Below, one piece after another: positions 20,390 to 30,458 of a stretch of DNA of 64,000 nt. Position numbers and translations under genes: made by a program. The first letter of the stretch is position 1, and every line of letters starts with the position of its first letter. This stretch comes from Gemmatimonadales bacterium (GTDB lineage Bacteria; Gemmatimonadota; Gemmatimonadetes; Gemmatimonadales; GWC2-71-9): positions 32,001 through 96,000 of the forward strand of contig JBFGJG010000009.1 of the NCBI GenBank assembly GCA_041577295.1. The letters are read 5' to 3'. The notes beneath the pieces were generated by a model. It saw only the letters and a program-made list of their open reading frames with translations. It had not been told where the DNA came from and did not search any database.

Positions 20390-22351
20390 TCAGCCGGAGG
20401 TTATCACGGCAATAATCTCGTCGTCGTCTCCGAGCCGCCAGGTCGCGTGAGGGTCCGGGTTGAGCTGAGGCCGGCTCTGCGCACTCTCCGCCTTCTCGAA
20501 GACCCCGATCGCGATCTCACCCCGTTGGATCGACTCTTCCGCAATTCGCCAAAAGTCCACCTCTTGACCTGCCAGTCCGTAGTCTCCTGGGTGCCGGAAG
20601 GTGATTTCGGCACCACCCGCCGTGAACAGCTCGTCGAATACCGCACGCAGTTCCCGACGAAGCGCCACTTGCGCGAGCATATGGCTGATGATCTGGGGGC
20701 TGATGATGACTTCCCCAGGGCGGTGACCCAGCAACGGCATGTTCTCGGGATCGAGTAGCTCCACCAGCACGTTGGGCCGTTGTGGCGCACCCTCTAGTAG
20801 CTCCTGGAGCACGAGATACCCAACGATGGTTCGCGCGTCGGATTCGGTACCGGTGCGCAACCAATCACTCCCGATCAAAACGATGTTGGCGTACGTCATA
20901 GGCTCGACCCGAGCCAGCTCGACATGCACGGTGTAGTCCGCCTCGATGTGACGCACGTGTACGCTGGTCTGGTCGAACTCATACCGACCCACCTGCGTCT
21001 CCCGCCGCTCGATGGGGACAGTCGAGACGACGTCGAGCGCGAACTGCTCGTCCCGGTAACTCGCAAACTCCTTGATGAGCGCCGGCACCTTGTGACTCCA
21101 GCCCAGAACCAGCACGCGGTGAAGTCCGTCTGAAACCGTTTGCGGTACGCGATGTCCGGCGGTGGAAACTCCATGCCCTGCGGGGGGTGTCGCGATCGTC
21201 TCAGGTGGCGAAGTGTCCTCATAGCTGTTGGCTACGAATACGAGCCGGTCGCCTTCCTGCACCCGCACGTCCAGACCCGGATTCAGCAGCGCGCGAAACG
21301 AACGACCCCTCGGACGAGCAATCCCGAGCAACACCGTTCGTGGGAAGAGCGGCCCCAACGCGCGAACGGGCCGACCCATGAAGCGGTCGGCTTCCCGCAC
21401 GTAGATCTCACATCCTTGTTTATGAGTCAGCAGCTCGGTGTAGACATACGACAACCCACGATGTCGCACATTCTGCGCGATGAGCCGGCTCACGAGCGCA
21501 TCGCTGGCGATAACCTCGATGGGTCCGCTGTACGCACGTTCCGCGACGACCACCTTGCGCGCGTCGAGGATCTCCGCGACCACGGGTGGACGTTCTGCAT
21601 TACCAGCCAACGCGGGATGATTGCTGACCGATAGTAACGTCTTGATCGTGCGCGTGTCCGTGGTCCCGGGACCTCCGTCGGAGAATTCCGCCGCGGGGAT
21701 GATGATGGTCAAGGCATGCGAGAAGTCGGCTCGTTCGAGGTGCTCTGGTCTGAGCGGGTTCCCCGACCGCATGGTGATTTGACGAGGATTCCAGCGGCCG
21801 TCCAGTCGGTCACGCAGCTCTTGAAGGAGACGTGCCGTCACCTCTTCGGCGAGGATCACCAGGTGAAGGGAGTGCGCACCGTGGAGACGCAGGAATCGCT
21901 TGACCCTTCCCTCCGAAAGCAGGAGCTCATGTGCGATGGTTGGCGTTCGGCCCGTCCAGCCGAGAATCAGCACGTGATCGTTCCGCGCGACCGGGGTGAC
22001 ACCGCTCTCGAGCCGTCGCATCGTAGCCTGGAGCCACTGCGTCAGGATGGCCACCAGGGCACCGAGGAACACGACGTATCCGAGCACGGTGAGGATCGTC
22101 GAAACGGTGCGTCGTACCATACCACTGTCGTCCCCTAGATACCCCGGGTCGGATAGCCGGAGAAACGCCCACCACACCGCCCCTCCCACCCCGCCGAACG
22201 CCTGTCCCTCCTCGACCAAAACCAGCGCGCCACCGACCACGGAAATGAGACCGATGAGCGCCGCCACCACCAGAAGCTGGTAGTGGGCGCCACGAACAAA
22301 GAGCTGTTCGAGACGAAACTGCATACGATGAATTACACGTCGGAAGGTCAT
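20390..22351 (-). CDS. CASTOR/POLLUX (DMI1)-like cation channel with tandem RCK domains
   Basis: TM-pore-TM (WWAFLRLSDPGYLG), HVLILGW and RVLVLGW RCK starts, C-terminal LNPD. Confidence 0.85.
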   Translation of the reverse strand: MTFRRVIHRMQFRLEQLFVRGAHYQLLVVAALIGLISVVGGALVLVEEGQAFGGVGGAVWWAFLRLSDPGYLGDDSGMVRRTVSTILTVLGYVVFLGALVAILTQWLQATMRRLESGVTPVARNDHVLILGWTGRTPTIAHELLLSEGRVKRFLRLHGAHSLHLVILAEEVTARLLQELRDRLDGRWNPRQITMRSGNPLRPEHLERADFSHALTIIIPAAEFSDGGPGTTDTRTIKTLLSVSNHPALAGNAERPPVVAEILDARKVVVAERAYSGPIEVIASDALVSRLIAQNVRHRGLSYVYTELLTHKQGCEIYVREADRFMGRPVRALGPLFPRTVLLGIARPRGRSFRALLNPGLDVRVQEGDRLVFVANSYEDTSPPETIATPPAGHGVSTAGHRVPQTVSDGLHRVLVLGWSHKVPALIKEFASYRDEQFALDVVSTVPIERRETQVGRYEFDQTSVHVRHIEADYTVHVELARVEPMTYANIVLIGSDWLRTGTESDARTIVGYLVLQELLEGAPQRPNVLVELLDPENMPLLGHRPGEVIISPQIISHMLAQVALRRELRAVFDELFTAGGAEITFRHPGDYGLAGQEVDFWRIAEESIQRGEIAIGVFEKAESAQSRPQLNPDPHATWRLGDDDEIIAVITSG

Positions 22352-22488
22352 GGGCTCTCGATCGAATCGTCGTGGCCAATGAGCGACGCCGTCTTGCACG
22401 CATCAGACGGCCCTCACAAGGTACGAGATCAGCCGGTTGTTGCGCGATGGTAGGGGGTGGGGGTGGGAATGGGCTGCTACACGAAATC

Positions 22489-22522
22489 ACTCACCCGGGA
22501 CGGTTCGGCCCGGGTGAGTTTT
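22489..22522. terminator. Hairpin, probable intrinsic terminator
   Basis: ACTCACCCGGG-N9-CCCGGGTGAGT followed by TTT, lying 3' of the - strand gene that ends at 22570. Confidence 0.6.
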
Positions 22523-22569
22523 AAGCAGGTTGGCCATGCACTACGTCAAGAAACGGTCTGCTCGATCGC

Positions 22570-22944
22570 TCAACCAGTCTCCCACCACGCGACCACGCCG
22601 TGGTGGCCGCAGTGGTAACAATGAATGAATTCAGGTTGGCCGAGCAACCGGACTCGATTGGCACAGGACGGACAGACGGCGTACTTCCTCCCGAGATCCG
22701 ATCCGGTGCCCTGGGCCGGGTTGCGCTCACCCGAACCACGGTAGACCACGGTGAACTTCTCTGGTCGCGCGTCCCGGAGCTCCACGAGATGCTTCGGCAC
22801 CATCACATACCGCTCCCGCACGTCCAGCATGACGAATGTCGACCCGTGATTCACGACCGGATACCATGCGCCTTGTCGCAGCATTGGATCGGTCTTGGGT
22901 CGGGCGATGGCCCAGGCACGGGCCCAGTCGTGAGGCTGTGGCAT
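22570..22944 (-). CDS. Hypothetical protein with C-terminal zinc ribbon
   Basis: CPSC...CYHC, plausible start and composition. Confidence 0.7.
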   Translation of the reverse strand: MPQPHDWARAWAIARPKTDPMLRQGAWYPVVNHGSTFVMLDVRERYVMVPKHLVELRDARPEKFTVVYRGSGERNPAQGTGSDLGRKYAVCPSCANRVRLLGQPEFIHCYHCGHHGVVAWWETG

Positions 22945-23059
22945 GTCGTCGTATCGAGTTGGAGAAGCCAGTTGATGTCGGTGCTACAAGATGACGTGCC
23001 GGATCGCCGAGTGCTGTGATGGACACCACAGGGGAATAGTGCCTGGCTGCCGCCGAAGG

Positions 23060-25774
23060 TTACCCCGTGTTCCGCAGGCCCTGAGCGATCCCGTTCACAG
23101 TGGATAGGAGGGCCTGTAACAGGGCGTCATCGGTCCGGTTCGAACCCCTCCATCGCTCGAGCAGATCGACCTGGAGCAGGCTCATTGGGTCGACATACGG
23201 GTTTCGCAAGCGGATGGAACGCTGAAGGACGGGATCCTGGTCGAGCAACGCGCTCGTCCCCTTGAGGCGCAGCACGAGCTCGACGGTGCGTTCATACTCG
23301 GCACGGATCAGACCGAAGACTCGCTTCCCTGCCGGCCCAGCTAAAGCGGCATAATGAGCCGCAATGAGCATGTCGGCCTTAGCCAGCACCATTTCGGCAT
23401 CGTCAATGAGCCCGCCGAGGAATGGCCAGCTCTGGACGGCGGCGGCCACCGGGTCGCGTCCGTGAACCGCCACCGCCGCGGCGAGGCCCGCGCCCAGACC
23501 ATACCATCCCGGGAGCAGATGACGACTCTGCGTCCAGGCAAAGACCCAGGGGATAGCGCGTAAGTCATCGATTCCATGGCCTGATCGGCGGGAGGGGGGT
23601 CGGGACCCGATGGTCATCCGCTCGATCACATCGATGGGGGTTGCCGAGCGGAAGTACTCGAGGAACTCTCCATCCTGATACACCAACTCCCGGTAGGAGG
23701 CGCGGCTGTGCTCGGCAATGGCGTTCATGATGGCAACAGACCGACCTTCCGGAGTTCCGGTTCCGTGGCTCGAGCCAGCTATCGCCGTGGCTCCCAGCGC
23801 GCGCTCGAGCGTGCGAAACGCGATCCACTGCATCCCGTAGTTTGCGTGTATGACCTCGCCTTGCTCGGTGAACCGCAATCCACCACATACGGCCTTGGGT
23901 GGCCCGGCGAGCACAGCGCGATAGAGCTTCCCACCACCCCGACTGATCGTCCCTCCGCGGCCATGGAAGATCGTCAACCGACACTGATGATCGTCCGTCA
24001 CGTTGGCCAACGCGCCCTGAGCCCGCTGGACCGCCCAACGGGAGGCAGCAAGACCACCGTCCTTGTTGCTATCGGAGTATCCGATCATGACGATCTGCCG
24101 GTTATCACGCGCAGCGAGGTGTCGGCGGTAGACGTCCGATCGATAGAGCTCGGTCATGATGCGTGGCGCCGCATCGAGATCAATCACGGTCTCGAACAGG
24201 GGTGCGACATCTAACGGGATCTTCCCCTCCCCTGACGCGAGCCCAGCCCATCGCGCCAACAAGAGCACCGAGAGGACGTCGTCCGCTCCCTCAGTCATGC
24301 TGATGATGAACGGTCCAATGGCCCCTCGTCCGTAGCGAAGCCGAGCTCGGCCGATGGCAGAAAAGACTGCGAGGGTCGAGTCGATCTCGGGGTCTTTCGT
24401 GGCCGGCATTCTGGTTCCGCTCGCAAGTGCCGTCTCCAGCGCCTCGAACCGCTCGCGTGAGGAGCGCTTGGCCCACTGCTCGTCTCCGAGGAGCCGACCG
24501 AGCACCGAGCGGTGTACTTCTGCGTTCTGACGAACATCCAATACGGCCAGGTGGAAGCCAAACGTTTCCACCCTTCGTATGAGCCGTCGCACGGCAAATA
24601 GTCCGGCGTGCTGGCCTCGATGATTCTCCAGACTGCTGGCGATCAACCGGAGATCTTGCAGGAAACGGTCGGGCCCGGGATACGCGCCGAGGCCATCCTT
24701 GCCGGTCGCCACGATGCACTCTGCCATGAGAGTGATGAGCAAGCGATACGGCATGTCGCGGTGCCGGGGCGGCACGGCAGCCATGACCTCTGGGTGGAAC
24801 TCGCCATACTTGGTGATCCGCTCGGTAATGGCCGGATCGATATCGACTCGACTCGTGGACTGGCTGAGATGGCGTGCCAGGCGTCGGAGATCCGCGCGGT
24901 ATCGCTCTAGGACAACGGCGCGATGGCGGACCAACGCCTGCTGGATGGTTTGGGCGCTGACGTTGGGATTGCCATCCATGTCCCCTCCGACCCACGAGGC
25001 AAACCGCAGCAAGGTGGGCAGGCGCTCGACGGGCGCGTCCCGACCGTACACGGCTCGCAATGCATCGCTCAACACCTCGTACAGCAACGGAATCACGTGG
25101 TACACGATCTCAGCCACGTAGTAGGTCACGTGCTCGAGCTCGTCCATCACGGTGGGCCGCTCTCGCGGGTGCTCCTCGGTCTGCCAACCAGACGTCACCT
25201 CGTCGCGAATTCGCCCCAGTAAGCGGTGCTCCTCCGCCGGCGTTCGCGCTGGATTGAGGCGTTCGATCAAGCACGTGGCGATGTGCTGTTCCTTGTCCAG
25301 GAGGGTCCGACGGGTGGCTTCGCTCGGGTGGGCCGTGAAGACCGGCTCTACACGGAGACCGGTCAGAAGCGTGAGGGTTTCTTCGAATGTCATGCCCTGA
25401 TTCGCCAGCTGGCGGATGGTGTGCTCGAGGCTCGCCGGCTGTGGACCAGTACCTTCCCGAAGGTAATCTCGTCGTCGTCTAATCCGATGTACTTGCTCGG
25501 CCAAGTTGACGACGGTGAAGTACGTCGAGAATGCGCGGACCAACTCCTCGGCCTCCTCGCCGCGGAGCGAACTGACGATCTTGACCAAGGTGGCTTGGCC
25601 CTCGGGAGCTTGTTCACGCCGCTGGATAGCCGCAAGGCGAGCGGTCTCGACGCGTTCGAACAACGCCTCCCCACCCTGCTCCCGAATGACGTCGCCCACC
25701 AAGGCACCCAACACCCGCACGTCATCACGCAAAGGAGTGTCCTTGGCGCTGAATTGGACGTCGCGTTGGCTCAT
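23060..25774 (-). CDS. ppc: Phosphoenolpyruvate carboxylase
   Basis: VFTAHPSE, SWVGGDMDGNP, VMIGYSDSNKDGG, FHGRGGTISRGG, LRAIPW, RNTG end. True start ATG 25774. Confidence 0.97.
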   Translation of the reverse strand: MSQRDVQFSAKDTPLRDDVRVLGALVGDVIREQGGEALFERVETARLAAIQRREQAPEGQATLVKIVSSLRGEEAEELVRAFSTYFTVVNLAEQVHRIRRRRDYLREGTGPQPASLEHTIRQLANQGMTFEETLTLLTGLRVEPVFTAHPSEATRRTLLDKEQHIATCLIERLNPARTPAEEHRLLGRIRDEVTSGWQTEEHPRERPTVMDELEHVTYYVAEIVYHVIPLLYEVLSDALRAVYGRDAPVERLPTLLRFASWVGGDMDGNPNVSAQTIQQALVRHRAVVLERYRADLRRLARHLSQSTSRVDIDPAITERITKYGEFHPEVMAAVPPRHRDMPYRLLITLMAECIVATGKDGLGAYPGPDRFLQDLRLIASSLENHRGQHAGLFAVRRLIRRVETFGFHLAVLDVRQNAEVHRSVLGRLLGDEQWAKRSSRERFEALETALASGTRMPATKDPEIDSTLAVFSAIGRARLRYGRGAIGPFIISMTEGADDVLSVLLLARWAGLASGEGKIPLDVAPLFETVIDLDAAPRIMTELYRSDVYRRHLAARDNRQIVMIGYSDSNKDGGLAASRWAVQRAQGALANVTDDHQCRLTIFHGRGGTISRGGGKLYRAVLAGPPKAVCGGLRFTEQGEVIHANYGMQWIAFRTLERALGATAIAGSSHGTGTPEGRSVAIMNAIAEHSRASYRELVYQDGEFLEYFRSATPIDVIERMTIGSRPPSRRSGHGIDDLRAIPWVFAWTQSRHLLPGWYGLGAGLAAAVAVHGRDPVAAAVQSWPFLGGLIDDAEMVLAKADMLIAAHYAALAGPAGKRVFGLIRAEYERTVELVLRLKGTSALLDQDPVLQRSIRLRNPYVDPMSLLQVDLLERWRGSNRTDDALLQALLSTVNGIAQGLRNTG

Positions 25775-25779
25775 CGCGC

Positions 25780-26883
25780 TCAGACCGGATCCCGGGATGA
25801 TCCCGGCGTACGAAGGGCCCGAAACATCAGGACACCCAGTGTCAGCATCGTGAGCGGGATGACAAACAGCATCATCACACGGCTGAATGCGGGAAGGAGA
25901 TCGTGGCCAGTGGCATCCAGCGCCAGGTATAGAACGTAAATCACATAGTAGCCGAGAAAGAGGGCGCCTTCCCATCGTGAGATGCGGTGGCCTGTGAAAA
26001 AGATGGGCAAGCATGCCACGGCGACCACGGTCATGACCGGGATGTCGAACCGGCTCGCCGCACTGGAGACGGCGATCCCCCGAGGGCTGAGCGCGGCCGC
26101 GAGCCCCAATACGCCGAAGATGTTGAAGATGTTGCTGCCCACGACATTGCCCACCGCGATATCGCGCTCGCCCCGAATCGCGGCGATGATCGACGTCGCC
26201 ACCTCCGGCAGAGACGTTCCCGCTGCGACGATGGTCAGCCCGATGATCAGCTCGCTCACGCCGAGGGCGCGCGCCATGGTTCCCGCACCATCGACCAACC
26301 ACCCCGCACCGAGCACGAGCATTGCGAGCCCGGCAATCACGAACCCTACCTGCACTGCGAGGGCGCTTGCGGTGGTTCGATGCCTAGCGTCCGGGTTCCC
26401 GTGGCCGAATTCGCCCTGCACTTGTTGGGATGCAAGGCGAGACTGGTTGATGGACCACACCGTGTAGGCGATCAGGACTGCGGTCAACAAGAGTCCTTCC
26501 ACACGTCCCACCTCACCGTTACTGCCCAAAATCCACAGCGCGACGGACGCACCGATCATTAACGGGACATCCAGGCGGACGAGCTGTGCGTGGACGACAA
26601 GGGGCGCGATGACCGCCGCGATGCCGAGAATGAACAGCACGTTGAAGATGTTGCTGCCTACGACATTCCCCACGGCGAGGTCGGGCTGCCCAGCCAGAAC
26701 TGCGCGAACGCTCACCGCCAGCTCGGGCGAGCTGGTGCCAAACGCAACCACGGTGAGGCCAATGACGAGCGGAGAGATCCCGAGCGTGGCTGCGAGACGG
26801 GACGCGCCGCGCACCAGTAGCTCGGCCCCCACAACCAGGATCAGCAGACCGAGCAGAAAGATCAAAACGGCAAGTGCATTCAT
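25780..26883 (-). CDS. Ca2+/Na+ antiporter (CaCA, YrbG-like)
   Basis: Two alpha repeats, GTSSPE...GNVVGSN and GTSLPE...GNVVGSN. Confidence 0.93.
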   Translation of the reverse strand: MNALAVLIFLLGLLILVVGAELLVRGASRLAATLGISPLVIGLTVVAFGTSSPELAVSVRAVLAGQPDLAVGNVVGSNIFNVLFILGIAAVIAPLVVHAQLVRLDVPLMIGASVALWILGSNGEVGRVEGLLLTAVLIAYTVWSINQSRLASQQVQGEFGHGNPDARHRTTASALAVQVGFVIAGLAMLVLGAGWLVDGAGTMARALGVSELIIGLTIVAAGTSLPEVATSIIAAIRGERDIAVGNVVGSNIFNIFGVLGLAAALSPRGIAVSSAASRFDIPVMTVVAVACLPIFFTGHRISRWEGALFLGYYVIYVLYLALDATGHDLLPAFSRVMMLFVIPLTMLTLGVLMFRALRTPGSSRDPV

Positions 26884-26895
26884 GACCCTCCTACG

Positions 26896-26936
26896 CCAAC
26901 AGCCTCCGCAGGCCGATGAACTGCGGAGGCTGTTGG
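26896..26936. other. 16-bp perfect hairpin between co-directional genes
   Basis: CCAACAGCCTCCGCAG-N9-CTGCGGAGGCTGTTGG, no U-tract. Confidence 0.75.
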
Positions 26937-26958
26937 TGGGTGCAGTGCTGTACCGATC

Positions 26959-27459
26959 TTAGCGCTTCGCGTAAACGGTCCGGTTGCCCTCACGGTCAAA
27001 TGCGATGACCTCGTACGAGTCTTTCCGCGACCCTTCCATACCAGGCGATCCCATTGGCATACCCGGTACGGCCAGTCCCGCGGCTGCTGGCCGTTCAGCG
27101 AGGAACTGTTTGATCACGTCCGCTGGTACGTGCCCCTCGATGACGTATCCATCGACGATCCCGGTGTGGCAGGAAAAAAGATCCCGCGGCACGCCAGAAG
27201 TTTGCTTGACCTCGGTGACATCCTGTACGTCCTTCGAGGTCACCACGAAGCCGTTTTGCTCGAGGTGCTCCACCCAGAGTGTGCAGCAGCCGCAGGTGGG
27301 TGATTTGTACACCAGCATCTCAGGCGCGGACTCAGCGGCGTCTCCGGAAGCCGCGATGTTCGGCCCTTGCTCGACGCTTCGAGCATCCGCACCGGTGCAG
27401 GCGTGAAGTGGTAGGAGCATCACCGCTGCCCCCGCCAACGCCAATAGCTTAGAAGTCAT
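26959..27459 (-). CDS. DUF411/CopG-like periplasmic metal-binding lipoprotein
   Basis: YKSPTCGCC, SCHT, EGHVP, GLAVPGMPMGSPGME. Confidence 0.9.
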   Translation of the reverse strand: MTSKLLALAGAAVMLLPLHACTGADARSVEQGPNIAASGDAAESAPEMLVYKSPTCGCCTLWVEHLEQNGFVVTSKDVQDVTEVKQTSGVPRDLFSCHTGIVDGYVIEGHVPADVIKQFLAERPAAAGLAVPGMPMGSPGMEGSRKDSYEVIAFDREGNRTVYAKR

Positions 27460-27504
27460 CTCTCACCTTACTGTTTCAGGTAACTATCCCCTCTGTCCCC
27501 TCTA

Positions 27505-28959
27505 TCAATTTGGTATCCCCCGCCCGTGACACGCCGAGCACATCTCCGGATTGCGGCGGCGCAGGCGGCTCGCGTCGAAGTCAGCACCGTGCGGATTGAA
27601 GCGGCGGCCCCCCTGGGCCGAGTGGCAAGTTAAACAATCTCGCTCCGTGTGGCACGAGACGCAGGACTCGAGGTTTTGGCGAGCAGCCGGGCCGTGACCC
27701 AGGATGAAGTTGCCCTTTGCATCGTGATACCCCGCACCCAACCGGCGTTCCGCAACGAGGCCAGCGCTCGCATGGCATGCGGCGCAGAACTGGGTTTGGT
27801 TGTGACAGTCACTGCACGAGGTTTCCCGCGCATAGGCAGCCGCCGGATGTCGGCTCGAAAAGCCTACTGGATGATAGCCTGCAGAGCCCGCCGCTGCACT
27901 TGGCCGATGGCAGTCGAGGCAATCCGAGCGTACATGGCAGGCGGCACACGTCTGGGGTGCCGCGGCGGCCTGGGCGCCGTGACGATCGCTAAACGCGGCC
28001 GCCAGATGGCTGGCCGGCGCCATTCGAACAACGAGCGCACCACTGCCACGATCAGGCCCCGATTGATACATCGTGCTGACACTTGGCGGTGGAGACAAGT
28101 GACACTCGATGCAGCTCTCTTGCGTATGACACGTGCGACACTCGGCCGGATTTTCCTCGATGACTCGCCCATGTGTTTTGAGAAAGGTGTTGTCCGCGTG
28201 ATCGGCTGGTGCCTCGAGGAGCGCGGTATGCACCAGCGATCGTGGATCCTGCTCGAGCGCTTGAATGGCCTTTTGCTCAGGGGCGTCAACATGACATTGG
28301 ACGCAGAAGTCTCTGGCGTGGCAGGTAGCACACGCCACGGCCACGCCGCCAGGAACCGCGGGAGCATCGATGGGATCGTATCCAAGCAGACCGTGACCAC
28401 TCCTGCCGCCAAACTCCGGCTCGTCATGCGATGGCGGCGCGGGGAAGTCAGCGATATCGGCCTCGGTGAGCTTCACTGCGCGCGCCAGTGGAACATGGCA
28501 CAGCGCACAGTCGGTTTCGGCCGCGGCGTAGTGGGTCTCTCGTATCTCATGGCAGTCGAGGCACTGCTCTGCGACAGCGAGCTGGACGTAGAGCCACGCG
28601 CTGTCGGGGAAGGAATGGCAGTCGATGCAGCGCGCGGGTTCGTCACCGGCGGCCCGGAGCGTGTCCGCGTGTTCGAAATGGTCGAACCGCAGGTTGGTGC
28701 GCGGCGAGTCGAGCGGCTTGGCCCAGTCGACGATCTCCTCGACCTGACCGTCGTGACACTCCACGCACGAGACGGAATCCGGGTACATGGCAGCCCCGGG
28801 TTGCTCCGCACCGACGTGACACGTTACGCAAGTCGGGAAGAGTCCTCGATGCTCCACGTGATCGAAGGAGTCCTGTGCGGGACGACTGGCGAGGAGGAGG
28901 CCGACGCCCAAGACAGCGAAACCGGTGACGCCGCTGGTGACAAGACGCCAGCGCCTCAC
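27505..28959 (-). CDS. 16-heme c-type cytochrome
   Basis: 16 CxxCH counted. GTG start at 28959 overlaps the porin stop (GTGA). N-terminal signal or TM segment. Confidence 0.92.
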   Translation of the reverse strand: MRRWRLVTSGVTGFAVLGVGLLLASRPAQDSFDHVEHRGLFPTCVTCHVGAEQPGAAMYPDSVSCVECHDGQVEEIVDWAKPLDSPRTNLRFDHFEHADTLRAAGDEPARCIDCHSFPDSAWLYVQLAVAEQCLDCHEIRETHYAAAETDCALCHVPLARAVKLTEADIADFPAPPSHDEPEFGGRSGHGLLGYDPIDAPAVPGGVAVACATCHARDFCVQCHVDAPEQKAIQALEQDPRSLVHTALLEAPADHADNTFLKTHGRVIEENPAECRTCHTQESCIECHLSPPPSVSTMYQSGPDRGSGALVVRMAPASHLAAAFSDRHGAQAAAAPQTCAACHVRSDCLDCHRPSAAAGSAGYHPVGFSSRHPAAAYARETSCSDCHNQTQFCAACHASAGLVAERRLGAGYHDAKGNFILGHGPAARQNLESCVSCHTERDCLTCHSAQGGRRFNPHGADFDASRLRRRNPEMCSACHGRGIPN

Positions 28960-30458
28960 CGCGGCCTCGGAGCGTTGGGGATGCGCAGAATGGCTGGATG
29001 CAGGCCGGATTGGTCCCCTCCGGTACCGAAGGAGACGCTGACCCCAGCGTTTACCCTCAGCTGGTTCCAGTCGAACCGAGCCGCATCCGGCCGGCGCCGA
29101 GTTTCCTGGTACCGTGCGCCTTCGAGCATGAGCACAAGAACCTCGGTAGGGCGGTAATCGACTCGGAGGCCAAAGGACCACAGTTTGGCATCATCGAAGC
29201 GGAACTCGAGCGGACGTTGCAGGGTGCCGAAGATGGCCGTCGCCGTGAGCTCATCGAGCGGTTCGAACGACACACCACCATCAAAGCCGATCGAGGACGC
29301 ACCTGGTCCGTACTCCGCATGGTAATCGCCGAAAAACGTCCAGGGCTCGAACCTTGACACGCTTCCGCCCCAACTCCATCTCCAGCCATCGCCTTCAAAC
29401 GCGGCGAGTGCGGTTTCAGCATTCGTATCGTCGAAGCGATACGCCTCGCCGCGGGCTCGTATTTCGATCCCGTCAATCGGCCGCAGCGTTCCCGCGCCAT
29501 ACAGCGCGCTGTACGGAGTGGGACTGAACGCCCCCCAAATGGTCCAGAGATCGAAGTGCGGCCGGTATCGTCTCGCGCCCGCGGTGATGGTCACGAGCGC
29601 ACGGGTGTCGGTGAAGCCAATCCGGCCCTCGGCGCTCCCCCACTGGCTGAACGAAAGATCGTAATCCGCGCCGCCGGAGACCGTCACACCGGCCACTGGC
29701 CGCACGCTCCCGTCGAAGGCCACGCGCTCCGTGACAAAGAGGTTTGAAGCCGGGTCGACCTCTCGCTGGTAGAGGAATGTCCCATCGATGAACGGAAGCG
29801 ACCACCCCAGACGCGCGCCCGCGACCAGCTGGCGATCCCGTGGCTGGAAGTCGTCGAGCGGGTTGAGCGCTTCGCTCGTCACCGGGAGCGCGATGCCACG
29901 AGCCAGTCCCCAACCGGCGTAGGCGAGGAGTCGGAGCTGCCGGACGGGGCGGATCTCTACCTGGCCGCCATCGAAGCCCGTGAAGCCGAGCCGCGAAATC
30001 ACGTTGGTGCGGCCCGCCCGCGCGGTGACGACCGCGGAGGTGTACTCCGCGAAACCCTCGAGCAGGTGAACAGCGGGGTCGGTGCCAGGCCATGTGTCCG
30101 CGTCACCGAGCTCGGCACCAACGCGCACTTTGGCGTGGACGGTGAGTCCACGCACCCCCAGCCCCCACACTGACACGTCGGCCGTGGTCACGACTGGGGC
30201 ACCGGTGCGCCGCGGGCCCGGACGAAAGTAGGTGCAGAACGCCAGCCCGGACCGGCATTGTACGGCAAACCCGTCCGGCGAGAAGAATCCGCCGTTGGGT
30301 TGCTCCACAGCATCCGTGGCGCGAATGCTATCCAGTTGCACACCGCGGAACGCCACCGACTGGACGCGGGTGTCCAACCGGACGCGATACCCCTGCGCCG
30401 ATGCGATGCCAGGTAGCAGCAGTAGCGCAAAGGCAACCGCAGCGCATCTGATTTTCAT
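28956..30458 (-). CDS. Predicted outer-membrane beta-barrel (porin) of the cytochrome cluster
   Basis: Signal peptide ending ASA, many amphipathic beta-strands rich in aromatic residues and Gly, terminal strand LRVNAGVSVSF. Coupled to cytochromes on both sides. Confidence 0.8.
   Translation of the reverse strand: MKIRCAAVAFALLLLPGIASAQGYRVRLDTRVQSVAFRGVQLDSIRATDAVEQPNGGFFSPDGFAVQCRSGLAFCTYFRPGPRRTGAPVVTTADVSVWGLGVRGLTVHAKVRVGAELGDADTWPGTDPAVHLLEGFAEYTSAVVTARAGRTNVISRLGFTGFDGGQVEIRPVRQLRLLAYAGWGLARGIALPVTSEALNPLDDFQPRDRQLVAGARLGWSLPFIDGTFLYQREVDPASNLFVTERVAFDGSVRPVAGVTVSGGADYDLSFSQWGSAEGRIGFTDTRALVTITAGARRYRPHFDLWTIWGAFSPTPYSALYGAGTLRPIDGIEIRARGEAYRFDDTNAETALAAFEGDGWRWSWGGSVSRFEPWTFFGDYHAEYGPGASSIGFDGGVSFEPLDELTATAIFGTLQRPLEFRFDDAKLWSFGLRVDYRPTEVLVLMLEGARYQETRRRPDAARFDWNQLRVNAGVSVSFGTGGDQSGLHPAILRIPNAPRPR

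Noticed and set aside
25775..26302. 176-aa N-terminal extension of PEP carboxylase in the 1080-aa ORF
   Set aside because: It overlaps the antiporter in another frame and is low-complexity Arg/Gly sequence. PPC homology starts at ATG 25774.
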